Shown here piece after piece: positions 31,042-39,419 of a stretch of DNA of 64,000 nt. The position numbers and the translations under genes were made by a program. The notes beneath the pieces are model-generated. The model was not told the DNA's origin. It searched no databases and was given only the letters and a program-made list of their open reading frames with translations. The DNA is taken from positions 672,254-736,253 of the forward strand of contig CAWAZB010000001.1 of NCBI GenBank assembly GCA_963786425.1, in the 5' to 3' direction. The first letter of the stretch is position 1; every line of letters starts with the position of its first letter. This DNA is from an uncultured Alphaproteobacteria bacterium (GTDB lineage: Bacteria > Pseudomonadota > Alphaproteobacteria > Rhizobiales > Methyloligellaceae).

Positions 31042-31875
31042 ATGCAAAACGGCATTCACTTTATATCCGGGTTGCCGCGATCCGGTTCGACGCTGCTTGC
31101 CGGCATCCTCCGCCAGAACCCGAAATTTCACGCCGGCATGTCCTCGCCGGTCGGTTCGCTCGTCAATCAATTGCTCGCCGGCATGGGCGCCAACGCCGAA
31201 TTTTCCGTCTTCATCGACGAGGAGCAACGCCGCGACGTGCTGCGCGGCCTCTTCGACGGCTATTACCGCAAGATCCACACCGAGCAGTTGGTCTTCGACA
31301 CCAATCGCGCTTGGTGCAGCCGCATGTCGGCGCTGAGCACGCTGTTTCCCGAAGCGCGAGTAATTGCCTGCGTGCGCGACCCGATCCGCATCGTCGATTC
31401 CTTCGAGCGCTTGGTCCGCAAGAACTCGCTGCTCATCTCGCGCATGTTTCCCGGCGACGCCAACGCCACGGTTTTTACGCGCGTCGACCACCTCACCTCG
31501 AAACTCGGCACCGTCGGCTTTGCCTGGAACGCGCTGCAAGAGGCCTTCTACGGCGACCAGGCCGATCGCCTCATCGTTGTCGACTATGAGGCCCTGGCGC
31601 GGGAGCCGGAAGAAACGATGCGGAAAATCTACGAGTTTCTCAGCCTCCCCTACTTCAAGCACGATTTCGACAATGTGAGCTATGAGGGCGGCGGCGAGTT
31701 CGATCACTGGCTCGGGGTGCCGGGCCTGCATGCGATCGGGCAGAAGGTGCGTTTTCAGGAGCGGAAGCCGGTCCTTCCGCCGGAGATCGTGCGCCGTTTC
31801 GCCAATCAGCGCTTCTGGCGCGAAAAGGGCGTCTCCAAGGCGAAGGTTCTGCTCCCGGAAGCGGAATTCGTCTAG
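31042..31875 (+). CDS. Sulfotransferase, RaxST-like (putative protein tyrosine sulfotransferase)
   Basis: HFISGLPRSGSTLLA (5'-PSB loop), VFDTNRAWCSR, CVRD..IVDSFERL, AFYGD.ADRL, PGLH, VLPP. Confidence 0.88.
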   Translation: MQNGIHFISGLPRSGSTLLAGILRQNPKFHAGMSSPVGSLVNQLLAGMGANAEFSVFIDEEQRRDVLRGLFDGYYRKIHTEQLVFDTNRAWCSRMSALSTLFPEARVIACVRDPIRIVDSFERLVRKNSLLISRMFPGDANATVFTRVDHLTSKLGTVGFAWNALQEAFYGDQADRLIVVDYEALAREPEETMRKIYEFLSLPYFKHDFDNVSYEGGGEFDHWLGVPGLHAIGQKVRFQERKPVLPPEIVRRFANQRFWREKGVSKAKVLLPEAEFV

Positions 31876-31879
31876 ACGA

Positions 31880-31968
31880 TGGTGCGGACGGAGGGAGTCG
31901 AACCCTCACGACCCTCTCGGGTCTCAGGATTTTAAGTCCTGTGTGTCTACCAGTTCCACCACGTCCGC
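31880..31968 (-). tRNA. tRNA-Leu(TAA)
   Basis: GCGGACG acceptor stem, CAGGA-CTTAAAA-TCCTG anticodon arm, long variable arm, GGTTCGACTCC, encoded CCA. Confidence 0.97.
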
Positions 31969-32124
31969 GAATGGCCACAGCCGCCCGGCCGACAAGTCCG
32001 GACCCCTGCGGCGACGTCTAGCAGAAACCGCTTTTCCTTGCGGCGCCCGCCGTCTTTGCCAGGCCGGAGATGGAACGCGAGGCAGTTCTGGCGGTTAAGG
32101 TGCCAGCAGATATGGGAGAATAGC

Positions 32125-32370
32125 GTGCCGAAACAACAGCAAAAACCCGCCGATACCGAAAAGGCCAATCGTAAAATCAGCCGTCCTGATGCCGGCGAAC
32201 CCAAGCGACGCTTCCTGACCACGAATGTTCCCGAAGGTATGGCGCTTGCCGTCGAGGGCGAAGGCGGCGTTGAAAGCGAGACGGAACAAGCGCTCCGCCG
32301 AGCCACGAACGCCGACGGGTCGAAGCCGCGGCGCGATGCGGCGCAAGGACCGGAAACGGAACGTTCGTAG
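32125..32370 (+). CDS. Small hypothetical hydrophilic protein
   Basis: GGGAG RBS plus GTG, 81 aa; no family recognised. Confidence 0.4.
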   Translation: MPKQQQKPADTEKANRKISRPDAGEPKRRFLTTNVPEGMALAVEGEGGVESETEQALRRATNADGSKPRRDAAQGPETERS

Positions 32371-32499
32371 TTTTCCCCGAATATCGGAGCGGGGGGTGAA
32401 AACTGGCTCGCCGCGGCTTGACAGGAACATCGCCTACTGGCTTGGGGTATGGAACGCAATTAGCCCTCTTTCGCCGTGAATTGGCTTGCGGGAGGTTCT

Positions 32500-32901
32500 G
32501 TGAACGCTGCCGAGGCAGAGTCGCTGCTGGAAGAAAACGGCAGGCCCACTGTGCTCGTCGTCGAGGATGAAGTTCTTGTTCGGTTGTTGATTGCCGACGA
32601 ACTTCGCTTCGCGAATTTTGTGGTGGTGGAAGCCATCAGTGCCGACGAAGCTTTGAGCGTACTGCGCTCTTCCCCGCATATCGACGTTCTCCTCACCGAT
32701 GTGCGCATGCCCGGATCAATGGACGGCATCGAACTCGCGAAAATGGTCGCGGAGACCTGGCCGGAGATCAAGATCGTCCTCACCTCGGGCCATTACACGC
32801 CATCGTCGGGCCTTTCGCTCGGCTATGAGTTCATCGCCAAGCCCTATGATCCCATCAAGTTGGTCGAGAGGATCGAGCAGCTCTTGGCGGAAGACAAATG
32901 A
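32500..32901 (+). CDS. Single-domain response regulator
   Basis: VLVVEDE, VLLTDVRMPG, IVLTSG, FIAKPY; GGAGG RBS before GTG 32500. Confidence 0.92.
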   Translation: MNAAEAESLLEENGRPTVLVVEDEVLVRLLIADELRFANFVVVEAISADEALSVLRSSPHIDVLLTDVRMPGSMDGIELAKMVAETWPEIKIVLTSGHYTPSSGLSLGYEFIAKPYDPIKLVERIEQLLAEDK

Positions 32902-33308
32902 GCAGCGTTCCTGCCTCGCAGGTGGACACGATTCTCGTTGTCGATGGAGACGTCCTCATCCGCATGTTCATCGCAGGATTCTTGCGCGATTGCGGCTTCA
33001 AGGTCATCGAAGCTGCGAATGCGGATGAAGCGCTGAAGATTCTGCAACAGGCCGAGGCACAAATCGACCTCGTCTTTACCGATGTCGACATACCGGGCGA
33101 GATGGACGGGTTCGGATTGTCGCGATGGATCCGGCAGACCCTGCCTGGCGTGGAGGTCATGCTTTCAGGCAGCCCCGCACGGGCGGCGCACGCGGTTGCC
33201 GGCCTTTGCAATTCCGCCTCGGTGGTCAGCAAGCCCTACGATCCGAACGCGGTGCTCGATGAGATCAGGCGCCTGCTCGCAACGCGTGGTCCCCGTCCGA
33301 GCCTTTAG
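32898..33308 (+). CDS. Single-domain response regulator
   Basis: ILVVDGD, LVFTDVDIPG, VMLSG, VSKPY; ATGA overlap with the previous gene. Confidence 0.9.
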   Translation: MSSVPASQVDTILVVDGDVLIRMFIAGFLRDCGFKVIEAANADEALKILQQAEAQIDLVFTDVDIPGEMDGFGLSRWIRQTLPGVEVMLSGSPARAAHAVAGLCNSASVVSKPYDPNAVLDEIRRLLATRGPRPSL

Positions 33309-34564
33309 GAAAGCTCCATCGACCATAGCCGGCGCTCAGCCGGGATGCCGCGCAGCCGGTAAAAGCCGAGATCGGAGAGCCTCGGCGAGGCGAGCGCGGC
33401 GCGGGCGCGCTTCGCCGCCTCATCCGAAACGACCACCGGGCGCCTGAGCGACTTTGCCATATCGGCAGTGCGCGCGACTTCATTTACGGCCCGCCCGAGC
33501 ACGCCGAATTTCAGCCGCTCCGCCGTACCGGCATTGCCGAACACCACATCGCCGAAATGGACGCCGATGCCGAACTCGATCCTCTCGGCACCATTTCCCG
33601 GCCGCTCCGAGCGAAGCGCTTCGAGACGCGACCGAGCGCTGGCCGCGGCTTGCAGCGCCGCGACGCAAGCCGCTGTCTCGCTTCGCTCCACTGGGAAGAA
33701 GGCGAGAATCGCATCGCCGATGATGTCGAGCACCTGACCGCCCCGCTTCATCACGGCGCCGGCGGCGCAGTCGAAATAGGTGTTGAGGAGCTCGAGGAAC
33801 TCGTCGACGGGAAGCGCATCGGCAAGGCCGGTCGAGTTCCTGAGATCGCTATACCAGAGCGCCGCCGAAAGCCGCTCCCCTTCCCCGCGCTTGATGGTGC
33901 CGGCGAGGATGCGGCCGCCGACCAAGGGGCCATGGAAGGTGTTAAGGGCATTCCGAGTGATCTGATCCTTGATGGACAGGCGGAACACGAGCGCGAGCGG
34001 AGCAAGGATATTGCGCATCGCCGCGACGTCGGATTCGGAGAAACCATCCGGCGAGCGCGTCGCCCAGGAGGTGGCCACTCGATCATAGGATTTTCGCTGC
34101 TGCGTCGCCCCGCCAAAGGCGACGATCAAAGCGAGATACTCGCAAAAGCCCCGCTTTTTTAGATGCGAGAGCAGAGGGAAGCGCGTCGCTTCCGCGTCTT
34201 GGTCGAGCCGCAGACGCCATGTAGGGAGGTTGTCCTTCAGCATGACATTCATCGGTGCCCAGTCGCCGACCGAGGCGAGCGAGAAGGGGCTCAAGCGATG
34301 ATCCGAACTCTCGACCAGGGTGGCGTAGCTCATCTCGGCGCCGGTCTCGCGCGTCCAGGTGATGCTCATGCCGTCGAAGAGCGGATGCAGAATGCGGAAG
34401 CCGACATTCATGCGGTCGATGGGAACGCCTGATTCCGTGAGCTGGCGCATGGCGTTTTCGATCAGCTCCGTGAGGGGAGCGTCCTGAATAGCCGCTTCTA
34501 TAATGGCGGCGGGGATGTCGAGAGTTTCGGGACGAGCCCGGGCGGAACGCGTCCGCGGGATCAA
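33305..34564 (-). CDS. Class III adenylate/guanylate cyclase
   Basis: LWYSDLRNST, IIGDAILAFF, FGIGVHFG, FGVLGRAVNEVAR. Confidence 0.9.
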   Translation of the reverse strand: MIPRTRSARARPETLDIPAAIIEAAIQDAPLTELIENAMRQLTESGVPIDRMNVGFRILHPLFDGMSITWTRETGAEMSYATLVESSDHRLSPFSLASVGDWAPMNVMLKDNLPTWRLRLDQDAEATRFPLLSHLKKRGFCEYLALIVAFGGATQQRKSYDRVATSWATRSPDGFSESDVAAMRNILAPLALVFRLSIKDQITRNALNTFHGPLVGGRILAGTIKRGEGERLSAALWYSDLRNSTGLADALPVDEFLELLNTYFDCAAGAVMKRGGQVLDIIGDAILAFFPVERSETAACVAALQAAASARSRLEALRSERPGNGAERIEFGIGVHFGDVVFGNAGTAERLKFGVLGRAVNEVARTADMAKSLRRPVVVSDEAAKRARAALASPRLSDLGFYRLRGIPAERRLWSMELS

Positions 34565-34702
34565 TGTCGCCAGTACTTAACTCAACGAGACTGACATCAG
34601 GCCTGCATACTAAGCAGGCTCTGCGCTAAGCCCAAGGGGCTTTACGCAATTGTCGTAAAGTTCCGCCGGGATCTGCCCATAGCGAGATCGACGGCAAATC
34701 GA

Positions 34703-35588
34703 TCAGAGCCCTGCCGATCGAAGGAACTCGAGCACCCGCTTCTCATATTGAGCCGGGTCTTTGCGGTAGAAATCCTGATGAGCCGCATCTTCGACGATCC
34801 AGAGGGATTTCGGGTCATTCGCCCGCGCAAAGAGCGCGCGACTGTTTTCTACGGAGGTTCGCTGGTCCTTCGCACCCGCAATAAAAAAGATCGGCACGCG
34901 AATGGTGCCGAGGTGCTCGATCGGCGACAGCTTGGAAGCGGGAATGCCGAGCCGCAGGTACAATTGATAGGAAAAGAGCGGGGTCAGGTATTTTCCGAGC
35001 GGGCCAAAGCGCAATCTGCAGGCGATTGGCGATCGCCGCTTCGATGCTGGAATAGACCGCTTCTACGACGATGGCATCGGCACCCGCGCCATCGGCAAGG
35101 AGGGCGGCCGCCCCTCCGAGCGAGAGCCCGATGATGCCGACGCGGGCAACCTTCTTCGTCTCGCGCAAAAACGTGACCGCCGCCTCGACGTCGCGCGCTT
35201 CGAGAAAGCCGAAGCTGATGTAATCGCCTTCGCTCTCGCCATGCGCCTGCATGTCGAACAGCAGAACGCTGTAACCTTCCTTGCGCAGGAATTTCGCGCG
35301 CTCGATGAGGCTTGTTCTGTTGCTGCGGATGCCGTGCAGGAGAACGATGCCGGCGTCGCGCGTGCCCCGCATAAACCAGCCTTTCAGCGTGGCGCCCGAC
35401 TTCGACGGAAAGGAAACGGTCTCATAGCCCGCATCGAAGTCAGGCTGTGGGATCGCTTGCCGTGCCGGCTTTATCAGCTCGCTGCCGACGAAATAGAGCA
35501 CCCAGGCAACTGCCCCGGCGAGAACGGCGCAAAGCACGACTGCGAAGGCGAGACGTCGTTTCACTTCGGGGATGAGGCGGCTTTTCAC
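34703..35588 (-). CDS. Alpha/beta hydrolase with N-terminal TM, one apparent frameshift at ~35010
   Basis: LLHGIRSNR, FDMQAHGES, GLSLGG nucleophile elbow; continues as RFGPLGKY...AGAKDQRT...DAAHQDF in the other frame. Confidence 0.85.
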
Positions 35589-35642
35589 CTGATCAGCGGA
35601 ACAGACCCGCGGATCCTGAGATTTGACAGCCGACGTTGGCCG

Positions 35643-38333
35643 CTACCAGCCGAAGGTCATGCCAGCGCGGCCAGCCACCTCGCCCTCTTCGGTGCCGGCG
35701 CCGAAGCCGCCATCGACCACGAGCGAGCCGAAGCCCGGCCGCAGCAGATTGGTGGCGAGCACGCCTGCCAGCGTGACGCTGACGGCATTCGCGTCGTCAT
35801 AGGTGCCCCAGCCGGCGCGCAGGGCGACGGTTTGGCCGGGAAGCAGAACCGGCTGCGCCATCGACGAGACGGCTGCGATGCCTTCCGTGAGCTGCCGATC
35901 CCGATTCTGCAAATTGCTGAGTTGGGATTGTATGCCGGCGATTTCTCCCGTGGTGGCAATTCCGAGTTCCGTCGGCGTATAGGCGGCGAGATCGCCATTC
36001 GCGTTCGATGTCACGAGAAAGTCTGGAGAGCCTTGCGCATTTCTGCTTGCGGCCGAGGTGACGCCCGACAGGGTGTAAGTGGAGGATTTGGTGCCGACCA
36101 TCACTTGATCGGCGCGCGTCGTCGCGGCGCCTGCTCCGATCGCCGTCGAATTGGTGTGACCTGCCGCTACCACCGCTCCGGCGCCGAAGGCGCTGCCATT
36201 GTCCGCCGCGACAGTGGCGCCTTGCCCGACGGCGGTGTCGCCGGGGCCGCCGGCATAGGAACCGGCACCGACAGCGACCGAGCCGTTCCGCGCCTCCGCA
36301 AAGGTGCCGAGCGCGGTGCTGTAACCGCCAAAGGCATAGGCACGGCTGCCGACAGCCGCGTTGCCTTTTCCGCCATACGCCTTTGATTTACTGCCGAGAG
36401 CGGCGTTGTAATAACCGGCGCCGGCATAGGCATAGGCGCCAAAGGCAGACCCACGCTCTCCTCCGGCGCTGGAATTATAGCCGCTGGCAGTTGATTGATA
36501 CCCGCTCGCCAACGAATTGGCGCCTATCGCCGACGCACCGGTGGCTGAAGCTTTCGAAGCCCGGCCGAGTGCCGTTGCATCGGCACCACTCGCTGCAGAA
36601 TTTTCGCCGAAGGCCGACGACCCAACGCCGCTTGCATAGGCGTAATAACCGGTCGACGTGGCGGCGAGAGCGGTCGCCTTGGAACTCGCGCCGACGGACG
36701 TGGAATAGGCGCCGGTCGCCTCCGAGCCCGTGCCGAAGGCAGACGAATGCTTGCCGAGCGCCGAGGCGTGGTCGCCGACCACTGTCGCGTATTCCGCGAC
36801 ATTCGCGAGAGCATCGGCCCCAATGGCCGTGTTGAGGAATTTGGAATTGGAGCCTGCGCCGATCGCAATGGCACTATCGGCAATGGCTCCATCGCCGATG
36901 GCAATGGCATCCAGGCTCAGCGCCTTCGCTTCTTTGCCGATAGCGACTGAATTATGCGACCCCGTATAGGCCCCGTCACCGATCGCGACGCTGCTCGTGC
37001 CGAGCGCCTTGCTCTTATAGCCGCCCGCAAAGCTCTTTTCGCCGGACGCTGCGCTCTCGAAGCCGAAGGCGCTTGAATTCACCCCCGCGGCATCGCTTCC
37101 AGCGCCGACCGCGGTTGCTCCGTCCCCTCCTGCGGTGCTCACATAGCCTGCAGCGAAGCTGAAGACACCTTTCGCCGAGGTATAGGCGCCGATCGCCGCA
37201 GAGCCTTTGCCGACAGAATTAGCGTCGAAGCCGATCGCCGTGCTGTTGACGCCAGCCGAGTTTGAATTTGCGAAAGTGCCGATGCTCGTTACGCCGGCGG
37301 TTGCGGCGATGGGCCCCGACTGGAAGCCGACTGACGTTGAGTTCTTGCCGAGTGCGAAGGCCTCATCGCCGATTGCCGTGCTGTTATCGCCGGTGGCTTT
37401 GGATCCGTTGCCAAAGGCCGACGAATCTTCGGCGACATTCGCCAGCGCGCCGTCGCCGACGGCGGTATTGCCGTATTTGGCCTTGGCGCCGGCACCGATG
37501 GCGACCGAGTCGTAGGCGATCGCGCCCGTGCCGATGGCCGTGCCGTTAATGCCCAATGATTTGGCGCCGGTGCCGACCGCGATGCCATTCGTCGCGGCCG
37601 TAGCGGTGTAGGCGCCGTCGCCGATGGCCACGCTGCTCATGCCAAGAGCGTTGCCCTTATATCCGCCCGCGAAGCTCTTAGCGCCGGACGCCGTCGTGCT
37701 GAAGCCGAAGGCACTCGAACCTGCGCCCGAAGCGGTGTTACTACTGCCGACCGCCGACGAATAATCGCCATTGGCTTGGTTAAAGAAACCGATCGCCGTG
37801 GATTGCTTGCCGTCGGCCACGTTGCTGGAACCGACCGCCGTGGCGTTCGTATCGGAGGCCTGGTTGAAGGTACCGAGCGCGGTCGCGCCATCGGCGCTAG
37901 CCGCGGATAAGAAGCCCAAAGCCGACGTGAACAGTGCGGTGGCTTTGGAATTAGCGCCGACTGCCGTCGACCCGGCGCCTGAGGCGAGGCTCTTGTAGCC
38001 ACCAGCGACGCTGACGCCGCCGCTCGCGACGGCACCCGCTCCGCAGGCAGTCGACGTGGCGAGCGGCGCGTTGCCCTGCGCCGGCTGCGCGATAACGTTG
38101 GGCGCGACGAAGGTGCCGCAGACGGCGCCCTGCGCATAGGCGGATGTGCCTGGCACGGCGACAACCGTCAGGGCGGTAGCCGCAATTCCGAGTGTCACAC
38201 CAATGGCTGCTTGCGCGGCTCGCCTCGATGATCTCATCGGCGGACGCGACTTAAACGCGGTTCCGAGGTCAGCCGCGACCGCGACGGTGCTGTAGCTCGC
38301 AGAGTTGAGCAGTCCCTGACGCGTTTTGCGCAT
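35643..38333 (-). CDS. Trimeric autotransporter adhesin 2 (YadA-like), intact
   Basis: Head repeats, neck QVMVGT..YT, coiled coil, anchor ending GRAGMTFGW; leader nearly identical to adhesin 1. Confidence 0.92.
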   Translation of the reverse strand: MRKTRQGLLNSASYSTVAVAADLGTAFKSRPPMRSSRRAAQAAIGVTLGIAATALTVVAVPGTSAYAQGAVCGTFVAPNVIAQPAQGNAPLATSTACGAGAVASGGVSVAGGYKSLASGAGSTAVGANSKATALFTSALGFLSAASADGATALGTFNQASDTNATAVGSSNVADGKQSTAIGFFNQANGDYSSAVGSSNTASGAGSSAFGFSTTASGAKSFAGGYKGNALGMSSVAIGDGAYTATAATNGIAVGTGAKSLGINGTAIGTGAIAYDSVAIGAGAKAKYGNTAVGDGALANVAEDSSAFGNGSKATGDNSTAIGDEAFALGKNSTSVGFQSGPIAATAGVTSIGTFANSNSAGVNSTAIGFDANSVGKGSAAIGAYTSAKGVFSFAAGYVSTAGGDGATAVGAGSDAAGVNSSAFGFESAASGEKSFAGGYKSKALGTSSVAIGDGAYTGSHNSVAIGKEAKALSLDAIAIGDGAIADSAIAIGAGSNSKFLNTAIGADALANVAEYATVVGDHASALGKHSSAFGTGSEATGAYSTSVGASSKATALAATSTGYYAYASGVGSSAFGENSAASGADATALGRASKASATGASAIGANSLASGYQSTASGYNSSAGGERGSAFGAYAYAGAGYYNAALGSKSKAYGGKGNAAVGSRAYAFGGYSTALGTFAEARNGSVAVGAGSYAGGPGDTAVGQGATVAADNGSAFGAGAVVAAGHTNSTAIGAGAATTRADQVMVGTKSSTYTLSGVTSAASRNAQGSPDFLVTSNANGDLAAYTPTELGIATTGEIAGIQSQLSNLQNRDRQLTEGIAAVSSMAQPVLLPGQTVALRAGWGTYDDANAVSVTLAGVLATNLLRPGFGSLVVDGGFGAGTEEGEVAGRAGMTFGW

Positions 38334-38555
38334 GGCTATCCCCCCAGGCATTTTGCGGGGATAGTGCGGGCAAGCAGGATACACCCACAATCGAAGAAAC
38401 CGTTGGTTTCTATGATTATTCTTTACTGTTGCAGGGGAGACACGGCTTATTGCCGCCCGTGGTACCTGGCTGGCGGGGCTTCTCCCTTGAGAAAGCAGAT
38501 CGTGCCCTGCTCCGGTTCGTGCAGTAGTGTCAATTGTCTTCGATCAGAAGGAGCG

Positions 38556-38783
38556 ATGCCTATGCTACTGCGTTTCGCGCTGACACTGCTGATTGCCGTC
38601 TCCGCGGCGAGCTTTCAGGCTCAGGCCAAGAAGATGACTTCCGGAGAAAAGCAGGGCTGCACGGAGAGTCTGCGTTCGTGCCAGGCGGGCTGCCGGGGCG
38701 CCGGCGAATGCATGAATGGCTGCCAGGTCCTCTACAACAGATGCTTGGGCCGGCACATCGACACGCCCGGGAAAGCGCAATGA
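38556..38783 (+). CDS. Small secreted six-cysteine protein
   Basis: AAGGAG RBS, signal peptide ending AQA, mature C-x6-C-x3-C-x5-C-x3-C-x6-C. Confidence 0.7.
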   Translation: MPMLLRFALTLLIAVSAASFQAQAKKMTSGEKQGCTESLRSCQAGCRGAGECMNGCQVLYNRCLGRHIDTPGKAQ

Positions 38784-38846
38784 CGACGCGGGGTTGAGCT
38801 TTTGTCGGAGGGTAAATCGGGCTGCCGTCCCAGCCCGCCTCAGCCA

Positions 38847-38898
38847 GTTGGTAGCGGAGGAGGACTTCGAACCCCCGACACGCGGATTATGATTCCGC
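38847..38898 (-). repeat. att site: copy of the 3' part of tRNA-Met
   Basis: 52-bp direct repeat of 49656-49707, differing only in the T-arm (ACTT vs GACT on the + strand). Confidence 0.95.
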
Positions 38899-39045
38899 CT
38901 GCCTCTGCTGATTTAATTCATTTTTTAGACAACATGTCACGTTTATGTCGCGTCCATTATAAGTAGCGTGCAGCCAAGACAGCTAAGGGATATATTGAAC
39001 GGAGTTCTCTGCAGGCGTCCCTCTTCTGGCATTGGGAGATCCATC

Positions 39046-39411
39046 ATGAAAAAACCGGCTTCGCTAGGACTAAGTTGTATCACTGCGTGCGCTCTGGTGT
39101 TTTTCGCGACGGCGCTGACCTTCCAAGATGCCGACGCCGCCACCAGCAGCATCAAGTGCTCCAATGGCACCGTGACGGTCTCAACCGGCAACGCGGGCGG
39201 ATCCTGTGTGAAGGAGGGATCCATAATTACCTGCGGTGGTGTAGGGGGCGGGGGCTCGGTCGGCGGAGGATGTGACGCAGGTGGCAAGGTATCGTGTGGT
39301 AATGCAACTGGAAGTGCCACTTGCACCATAGCAAAGACAGCGATAGGCGGCGCTCCCAGGCCTAAGGTCAATGTGGCACCAGCGCAACGCCGCGGGGTTG
39401 AACCACAATAA
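39046..39411 (+). CDS. Secreted Gly/Cys-rich small protein (element cargo)
   Basis: GGAG RBS, signal peptide ending ADA, six mature Cys. Confidence 0.65.
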   Translation: MKKPASLGLSCITACALVFFATALTFQDADAATSSIKCSNGTVTVSTGNAGGSCVKEGSIITCGGVGGGGSVGGGCDAGGKVSCGNATGSATCTIAKTAIGGAPRPKVNVAPAQRRGVEPQ

Positions 39412-39419
39412 TTATATCT

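Noticed and set aside
31880-31968. Island integrated at tRNA-Leu
   Set aside because: I found no duplicated 3' end of the tRNA and no associated integrase in the window.
30852-32500. RaxX/PSY-like peptide gene near the sulfotransferase
   Set aside because: No DY..P.AN..HDP-like motif in the listed ORFs or seen by eye; very short ORFs were not exhaustively translated.
38849-38898. Second tRNA-Met gene
   Set aside because: It lacks the 5' acceptor strand and D-arm; it is the att duplication.
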